A DNA stretch of 32,000 nucleotides, taken from positions 1 through 32,000 of the forward strand of contig NZ_JAHDSX010000004.1 in NCBI RefSeq assembly GCF_020969955.1. The letters run 5' to 3'. The translations under genes and the position numbers were made by a program. Shown here piece after piece: positions 26,499 through 32,000 of the stretch. Every line of letters begins with the position of its first letter. The first letter of the stretch is position 1. Source of the DNA: Allobaculum fili. Lineage in GTDB: Bacteria; Bacillota_I; Bacilli_A; Erysipelotrichales; Erysipelotrichaceae. The notes under the pieces were generated by a model. It was given only the letters and a program-made list of their open reading frames with translations, was not told the origin of the DNA and ran no database searches.

Positions 26499-28924
26499 AT
26501 GAAGGAAGAAATTGTTGAACTGCTTCAGAAAAAGAAAAAACTGACTCCATACGGACTGGGCAAAGCCATGCACATCCGCACGGAACGTGAAAAAAAAGAA
26601 CTTCAGATCGCGCTCAATGAGCTCGAAGATGAGCGCATCATTTATAACGACCACGAAAAGTACGTCTTCATTGACGGCCAGGAATGGGTGATCGGCAAGA
26701 TTAAGGACGTTTCTGCAACGGAATATGCGGTTCTCTGCAAGGAGAACAAGCTGTATGTCCCCAAGAAAAACTGCCGCATGATGATGGACAAGGACGAAGT
26801 GCTCGTTCACAACTATGGACTGATGCCGGAAGTTGTCCACATTTATGAACGCGGCATTACGTGCATTCCTGGAACCTTCGTCCGTACCCGCAACGGCCTG
26901 AAATTCCGCAGCGATGTGGATCTTCACACCTCTTTTATCGTGACCAACCAGAAGGCTTACAAACTTTCGGCCGGCACCAAGGCGGTCGTTAAAGTCGTAG
27001 ACTATTCCGCGCCGCTTCGCGTAAAAATCATTGCGGTGCTCGGTCAGGAAGACGAACCGGGCGTGGACATCAGCGCCATTCTTGCGGAAAACGAAGTCCG
27101 TCAGAACTTCGGCAAGAAAGTCCGCGCGGAATCCGATGAAATTCCAGAACGCGTCCACAAAAAGGAAATGAAGGATCGCCACGATCTGCGCGATCTGATG
27201 ACCGTCACCATTGACGGCGACTCCACCAAGGACTTTGACGACGCAATTTCTGTTGAAGCGCTGGCCAATGGCGGCTGGAAACTGTATGTCCATATCGCAG
27301 ACGTCAGCCATTACGTCAAGGAAGACAGCGACATCGATAACGAAGCCTACAAGCGCGGCACTTCGATTTATGTCGCCGACCGCGTTGTGCCGATGCTGCC
27401 GTTCGCGCTGTCTAACGGCATCTGCTCGCTGAACCCGGGCGTGGATCGTCTGACACTGACGTGCGCCATGGAATTCAACCCGAACGGCGTCATGACCGAC
27501 TACGAAATTTACGAGAGCGTCATTCATTCGGATGCACGCTGCACATATTCCAAAGTAAACGCCTATTTGGAAAATCCGCAGTCCGTTCCGGAATATGCAC
27601 CGGTCGGCAATCTGCTCACCGCCTTCTCCGATCTGGCGAAAAAGATGCGAGAACAGACCGAAAAGCGCGGGGCCATATCGATTTTGAAACGAAGGAACCC
27701 AAATTCGTACTCGACGAAAGAGGCGTTCCTGTCGATATCCTCATCCGCGATCGCGGCTGGAGTGAAATGATGATTGAAGAGGCCATGATTGCGGCAAACG
27801 TTGCGGTCGCTCATGAGCTTCACTCCAAATCTCTGCCGGGCATGTTCCGAATCCATGAAGATCCGGATCCCGAAAAACTGCAGACGCTGGTCAACATGGC
27901 CAGTATTTTGCACGTGCCCTGCGACCTGGATGTCGAAAACTGCCAGCCAAAAGATGTCGCCCGCTTCCTGGCTTCGATCGAAGGCGAAGAAGAGAAGGAA
28001 ATTCTTTCCACGATCACCGTTCGCTCCATGCAGAAAGCCCGCTACAGCGAAAAGAACGTCGGCCACTATGGTCTGGCGCTCGATGAATACTGCCACTTCA
28101 CATCGCCAATCCGCCGTTATCCGGACCTGCTGATTCACCGCATGCTCCGCCGTCATGTCATTCATAAGAAAAACGACGAGAAGAGCCTGCTCAAGGATGA
28201 AAAGCGCATGGAAAAATCGTCCATGCATCTGTCCGAAAAGGAAAAGGATGCCGTTACGATCGAACGGGCGGTCAACGATCTCGAATTTGCGAAATACATG
28301 GAAAATAAAGTCGGCGAAGTATATGATGGCCTGATCGTCGGCGTCACCAGCTTCGGCTTCTTTGTCGAACTCGACAACACCGTCGAAGGCATGGTTCCGC
28401 TGCGCAACATGATCGATGACTTTTACAACTACGATGCCGATACGATGATGCTTACCGGCGAAAATACCGGAAAGACCTTTACCCTCGGTATGCCGGTACG
28501 TATTAAAGTCCGCGATGTACAGACGGCCAAGCGCCAGATTACGTTCGACTATCTCGAAACGCTTCCAAGCCGTTCTGCGATGCGTCCAAGTACGCCTGTG
28601 ATCGAAACCGCTGAACCGAAACCGGAAGAACAGCCGGAAGAAGAAATTCTGCAGGCGGAAATCGTGTCGGAAGAACGCGATGTAAACGTGACGATTACAG
28701 AAACGGAAGTTCAGGCGGAAACTCCGGCAAAAGAACCGCCTGCCAAGGCGGATTCTGAAAAAGCCGAAGATCTGCCTGCCGTCGAAGCGCAGGATGACGA
28801 TCTGCCGGCGGTAGAATCCGAAGGCAGCGATCTGCCAGCCGTTGAACCGGCAGCCGATTGTGAACGGCCCGCGACCGAGCCTCAGGAAAGCACAGAACTG
28901 CCGATTGCAGAACCTGTAAAATAA
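26499..28924 (+). pseudogene. rnr: Ribonuclease R, split into two overlapping frames by a frameshift near 27672-27680
   Basis: Frame A (26499-27770) carries the N-terminal winged-helix/cold-shock region and the RNB motifs DFDDAISV and HIADVSHYV. Its homology ends at ...EKRGAI and is followed by 30 unrelated codons and a stop. Frame B (open from 27461) resumes with (H)IDFETKEPKFVLDERGVPVDI...MIEEAMIAANVAVA and continues through the rest of RNB, an S1 domain (GEVYDGLIVGVTSFGFFVELD) and an acidic tail. The RBS is AAGGGAGGG. Confidence 0.85.
28769..28858 (+). repeat. 3 x 30-nt in-frame tandem repeat (DLPAVE-x4) in the RNase R C-terminal tail
   Basis: GATCTGCC(N)GC(N)GT(N)GAA recurs at 28769, 28799 and 28829. 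It translates as DLPAVEAQDD / DLPAVESEGS / DLPAVEPAAD. Confidence 0.85.
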
Positions 28925-28952
28925 GCGGATCTTCTGTGCACAACAGAAATGA

Positions 28953-28997
28953 AAAATGCAGCGCTTCCGAAGCGATCTTCGGATGGCGCTGCATTTT
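28953..28997 (+). terminator. Intrinsic terminator after rnr
   Basis: An outer 12-bp stem AAAATGCAGCGC/GCGCTGCATTTT encloses an inner stem CCGAAG/CTTCGG. The trailing U-tract is part of the stem. Confidence 0.65.
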
Positions 28998-29516
28998 GCG
29001 TCTTAGTGGAAAAACTGACAAGGACCGAGAAAGACAGACAAGTACAGACAAGGAATAGAAAGGGACAGGCAAAGGAAGAGGAAGCTCATGGCGTTTTCCG
29101 ATTGTCGGTTTCGGTGAAGTTTCTTTCCCAAATCGTCACGAAATCTGCGTGCTCTGCGCAATATGTTATCTTATGTGATTTTTACCATTTTCCCTGTCGA
29201 TTTTTGCAAATGGACCATCGTACTGCGATAATAAAAAACCACAGGAAATTTTTTGCCGGCGATCTGAAGCGGCGAAGCAATCGCTTTCTACGGTGGATTC
29301 GCTTTGTCTCGTAACAAAAAGCGCTGAAAAATTCCCAGGTTTCTGTGTAAAGCAGAAAAGGGTATCCGTGCCTGCCGATAAAAAATTCTGTTACCCTGTA
29401 CTCAGGAAAAACGAAACGATGCAGAGCTTCTGCACGATCGCTTTTTCTCTGTACTTGCCTTGCAAAGTCCGAATACCAATTACAAAAAACGGAAGTCGAA
29501 AGGAGGAAGGATTGAA

Positions 29517-30842
29517 ATGAAGAAAATGAAAACCGGACTGGCGGCGCTCGCGCTGGCCATGTCGATGTACATTCCTGCCATTTCAGCCGTGCAGGCCCAG
29601 GAAAGCCCGGATCTGCAGGCATCCCATTCACAGACCATCGAAGGACAGAACGGTCTCGAAACCGCCGTTCATGTTACGGATGAGCCGGAAGATTACTCCG
29701 TAAAACCGCAGGCTTCGATTGACGAAATTGATAATATTCCCGAGAGCGCCGTTAAGGTTCCTCGAAAAGTAATCGGTGAAGACGATCGCTATCTGATTGC
29801 CCGTACCGATGTGGCGCCGTACAACGCCATCTGCAATCTCACCATCACCTTTTCCAATGGCGGGGTATACTCCGGCACTGGATTTCTGATTGCGCCGGAT
29901 ACGATTCTGACCGCCGGCCACTGCGTCTTTGACCATGACAACAACATGGGCTGGGCGAGATCGATCGTGGCGGTTCCGGGCGGCAAGGATCCATCCAATC
30001 CGGACAACCAGTATTCGTCCAAACTGCTCATGGCACCGCCTGACTGGACGAAAACGGGCGCAAGCAATACCGACTACGATCTTGGTCTCATTCGCCTGAG
30101 AAAGCCGATTGAAGGGGTGGAACCGCTGAAGCTGGCTACGCTGGATCAGTCCAACCTGGACAAGACGTATGAACTGGCCGGCTATCCGTACAATGAAAAC
30201 ATTTCCCTGGAATCGCAGGGCATGTATGGAGCCAAAGGCCGCCTGCATTCGATGACCGGACGCCGTACCGTTCTGCATACCATTGACTCGTCGAGCGGTC
30301 AGTCCGGTGCTCCGCTGCTCAACGAAAACAATCAGGTTGAAGCGATTCATACATTTGCCAAGGCGAGCGAACAGCTCAATGGCGGCGTTGCCATCGACTC
30401 CTACATTTACGCGTATGTGGCCTCGTATGCGGCCATCGATGAGCCGGTGTACCGCCTGTACAACCCGAACTCGGGTGAACATCTGTACACGACGGAATAC
30501 AACGAGCTCGTCAACTGCGTAAACTACGGCTGGAAAGACGAAGGCGTCGCCTGGCATTCCGAAAAGAACGGCGTACCGCTGTATCGTCTCTACAACCCGA
30601 ACGCGGGCGACCATCACTACACGCTCGATACCGCTGAGCGTGCCGCACTCGTGGAAATGGGCTGGACAGCCGAAGGCATCACCTGCTATACGTCCGCAAG
30701 TGAAAACGATCGGCCGGTATACCGTCTGTACAACCCGAACGCGGTTGCCGGATCGCACCATTTCACGTTTAACGCAACAGAACGCGACGGTCTTGTAACG
30801 ATGGGCTGGGTCGATGAAGGCATTGGCTTCTATTCAAAATAA
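29517..30842 (+). CDS. Secreted trypsin-like serine protease (peptidase S1B, glutamyl-endopeptidase/V8-like) with three C-terminal YRLYNPN-type repeats
   Basis: The ATG at 29517 follows AAAGGAGGAAGG. The signal peptide is MKKMKTGLAALALAMSMYIPAISAVQA. The catalytic triad context is LTAGHCV, TDYDLGLIRL and SSGQSGAPL. Three ~45-aa repeats follow at the C-terminus. Confidence 0.88.
   Translation: MKKMKTGLAALALAMSMYIPAISAVQAQESPDLQASHSQTIEGQNGLETAVHVTDEPEDYSVKPQASIDEIDNIPESAVKVPRKVIGEDDRYLIARTDVAPYNAICNLTITFSNGGVYSGTGFLIAPDTILTAGHCVFDHDNNMGWARSIVAVPGGKDPSNPDNQYSSKLLMAPPDWTKTGASNTDYDLGLIRLRKPIEGVEPLKLATLDQSNLDKTYELAGYPYNENISLESQGMYGAKGRLHSMTGRRTVLHTIDSSSGQSGAPLLNENNQVEAIHTFAKASEQLNGGVAIDSYIYAYVASYAAIDEPVYRLYNPNSGEHLYTTEYNELVNCVNYGWKDEGVAWHSEKNGVPLYRLYNPNAGDHHYTLDTAERAALVEMGWTAEGITCYTSASENDRPVYRLYNPNAVAGSHHFTFNATERDGLVTMGWVDEGIGFYSK
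30444..30839 (+). repeat. Three tandem ~130-nt coding repeats (PxYRLYNPN-G-H-YT...GW-EG), resembling the repeat catalogued as DUF5648 (name from memory)
   Basis: The repeat units start near 30444, 30573 and 30714. Each unit contains TACCG(C/T)CT(G/C)TACAACCCGAAC. Confidence 0.7.
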
Positions 30843-30856
30843 ACTTCATAAAAGAC

Positions 30857-30901
30857 AGGCATGAATTCCCAAATCCTTACTCTGGGCGTTCATGCCTTTT
30901 T
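30857..30901 (+). terminator. Intrinsic terminator after the protease gene
   Basis: A 9-bp stem AGGCATGAA/TTCATGCCT with a 23-nt loop is followed by TTTTCGTTTT. Confidence 0.6.
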
Positions 30902-30936
30902 CGTTTTCTTCACTTCGCCGTTCGTTCTCCGGTTTT

Positions 30937-30945
30937 TTGGTAAAA
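30937..30945 (+). promoter_or_regulatory. Extended -10 element (TGGTAAAAT) upstream of the AAA+ gene
   Basis: TGnTAAAAT lies at 30937-30945. The -35 is weak. Confidence 0.35.
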
Positions 30946-31028
30946 TGAGAATAAATTTTCATGAGTCAATCAACATCGAACGTTTCCCGTTCTCTGCCTA
31001 AATCGGGCAGGGAAGGAAGAACGCTTCG

Positions 31029-32000
31029 ATGAAATCGATATTCGAACATTCTGGAGAAAAAAGTATGGATTCGAACCTTTCCAAAGCCAGCCAGGCCTGG
31101 CAGCAGGGCTATCGTCTTTGTCAGACACTCGAACAGATGGACCCTGCTTTTCTTAAACCCCTTGAAAATACGCTGACTGAACAGTATCGCATCGAAGTCC
31201 TTTCGCTGCTGCTCTATCTGGCCGAAGCGGCTGGCGGTGTCCAGGCCAAACGGGCTGCTCTGATCAACGAAGTGCTGTCCTTTCACTACACCCCGAGTGA
31301 ATACAACGCGCTGATGAAGCGGCTTTCGCTGCACAAGTCGGATTTCAGCTCGCTCATTCCTGTCGTACTCAAAGTCGCTGCCCATGGCGATCAGCTAAGC
31401 GGCACAGGCAGTACGTATCAAAGACAGATTCTTTCCGTTCTCAGCGAAATTTCCAAAAACGCCTGGGAGTGTGCGGGCAAGGATCCCCTTGAAGAACTTG
31501 ACCAGCAGATTTACATTTTGTTTCTCGACAACTGGATTCACAAAAACCAGCCGGCACCCGATACCCCCAAGGAACTGATCGATACCCTCGATTCGCTCGG
31601 CCGTCTGGAGCGGGAACTCGGTCCGTCGCTCTTTCCGGAACAGACTTCGACCATGGGCGGATCGAGCGATCCCAAAACGCAAAATAAACAGGCCCCCAAA
31701 ACCAGTGAAACGGCCGAAGCGAAACCGGAACAGCCGGAAAAAACACTGGATGAGCTGATGGAAGAGCTCAATTCGCTGACCGGGCTGAAAGGCGTTAAGG
31801 AAGACGTCAACAGCCTGATCAACCTGCTGAAGATTCGCCGGATCCGTCGAGAGCGTTCGATGAAGGAAATGCCCGTATCGATGCATCTGGTGTTCACCGG
31901 CAATCCAGGAACGGGCAAAACGACCGTCGCCCGGCTGCTCGCCGGCATTTATCATGCGCTCGGCGCCTTAAGCAAAGGTCAGCTTGTGGAAGTAGACCGT
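31029..32000 (+). CDS. SpoVK/CbxX-type AAA+ ATPase, 5'-partial (continues past the window end)
   Basis: This frame is open from 31002 to the window end. It is absent from the ORF track because no stop codon falls inside the window. A Walker A motif sits in a typical SpoVK context: [42 protein letters not shown]. The N-terminal ~270 aa are helical and of unknown family. Start candidates are the ATG at 31029 (GGAAGGAAG upstream) and the ATG at 31065 (GGAG 8 nt upstream). Confidence 0.85.
   Translation, partial: MKSIFEHSGEKSMDSNLSKASQAWQQGYRLCQTLEQMDPAFLKPLENTLTEQYRIEVLSLLLYLAEAAGGVQAKRAALINEVLSFHYTPSEYNALMKRLSLHKSDFSSLIPVVLKVAAHGDQLSGTGSTYQRQILSVLSEISKNAWECAGKDPLEELDQQIYILFLDNWIHKNQPAPDTPKELIDTLDSLGRLERELGPSLFPEQTSTMGGSSDPKTQNKQAPKTSETAEAKPEQPEKTLDELMEELNSLTGLKGVKEDVNSLINLLKIRRIRRERSMKEMPVSMHLVFTGNPGTGKTTVARLLAGIYHALGALSKGQLVEVDR

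Noticed and set aside
27461-27770. Programmed ribosomal frameshifting as the explanation for the two overlapping rnr frames.
   Set aside because: The homology junction (GGGGCCATATCGAT) has no X-XXY-YYZ slippery heptamer, and I could not draw an obvious downstream stimulatory structure. An indel in the ATAT or G4 run, or a sequencing error, is more parsimonious. It stays listed as a finding because it needs read-level verification.
28949-29631. Track ORFs of 121 aa (plus strand) and 149 aa (minus strand) in the region upstream of the protease gene.
   Set aside because: They have no RBS and no recognisable motifs. They overlap the rnr terminator and the protease signal-peptide region respectively. 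I treat the interval as an untranslated leader or promoter region.
31068-31078. GGATTCGAACC, the reverse complement of the canonical tRNA T-loop GGTTCGAATCC.
   Set aside because: The flanking bases give only a 2-bp T-stem, and no acceptor or anticodon arms can be drawn. The site lies inside the AAA+ coding frame. Similar chance hits occur inside the TIR (around 2355) and SWIM (around 4655) genes.

Overview
This 32-kb chromosomal segment reads like a Gram-positive (Bacillota-type) anaerobe. It has AGGAGG-type ribosome-binding sites, many intrinsic terminators, and the Bacillus-like gene order cysS-mrnC-rlmB-sigH-rpmG-secE-nusG. The taxon cannot be fixed by eye. I support about 24 protein genes, and most are housekeeping:
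- PPi-dependent phosphofructokinase
- an Lrp/AsnC regulator ATGA-coupled to a class I aminotransferase
- GAPDH
- a 1573-aa secreted GH20 hexosaminidase with three discoidin/CBM32 modules
- the cysS-to-nusG block
- a LacI regulator divergent from a galactokinase
- a HAD-IIA phosphatase
- secG
- RNase R, interrupted by a frameshift near 27675
- a secreted S1B-type serine protease with three C-terminal YRLYNPN repeats
- the 5' part of a SpoVK/CbxX-type AAA+ ATPase that runs off the window

I saw no rRNA, tRNA, CRISPR array, transposase or integrase.

The least ordinary part is the left end (83-5053). A cytoplasmic protein with a degenerate TIR, an intact TIR, Sel1 repeats and a TPR array is transcribed divergently from a SWIM zinc-finger protein. 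The SWIM protein has a roughly 270-aa acidic disordered linker and a helical-repeat C-terminus. I flag the pair as a candidate NAD-consuming sensor/effector module, but the genomic context (housekeeping neighbours, no mobile genes) does not itself support a defence island.

All long antisense ORFs in the track are codon-aligned shadows caused by avoidance of TTA/CTA/TCA codons. All domain calls are by-eye motif recognition; no searches or computations were run.
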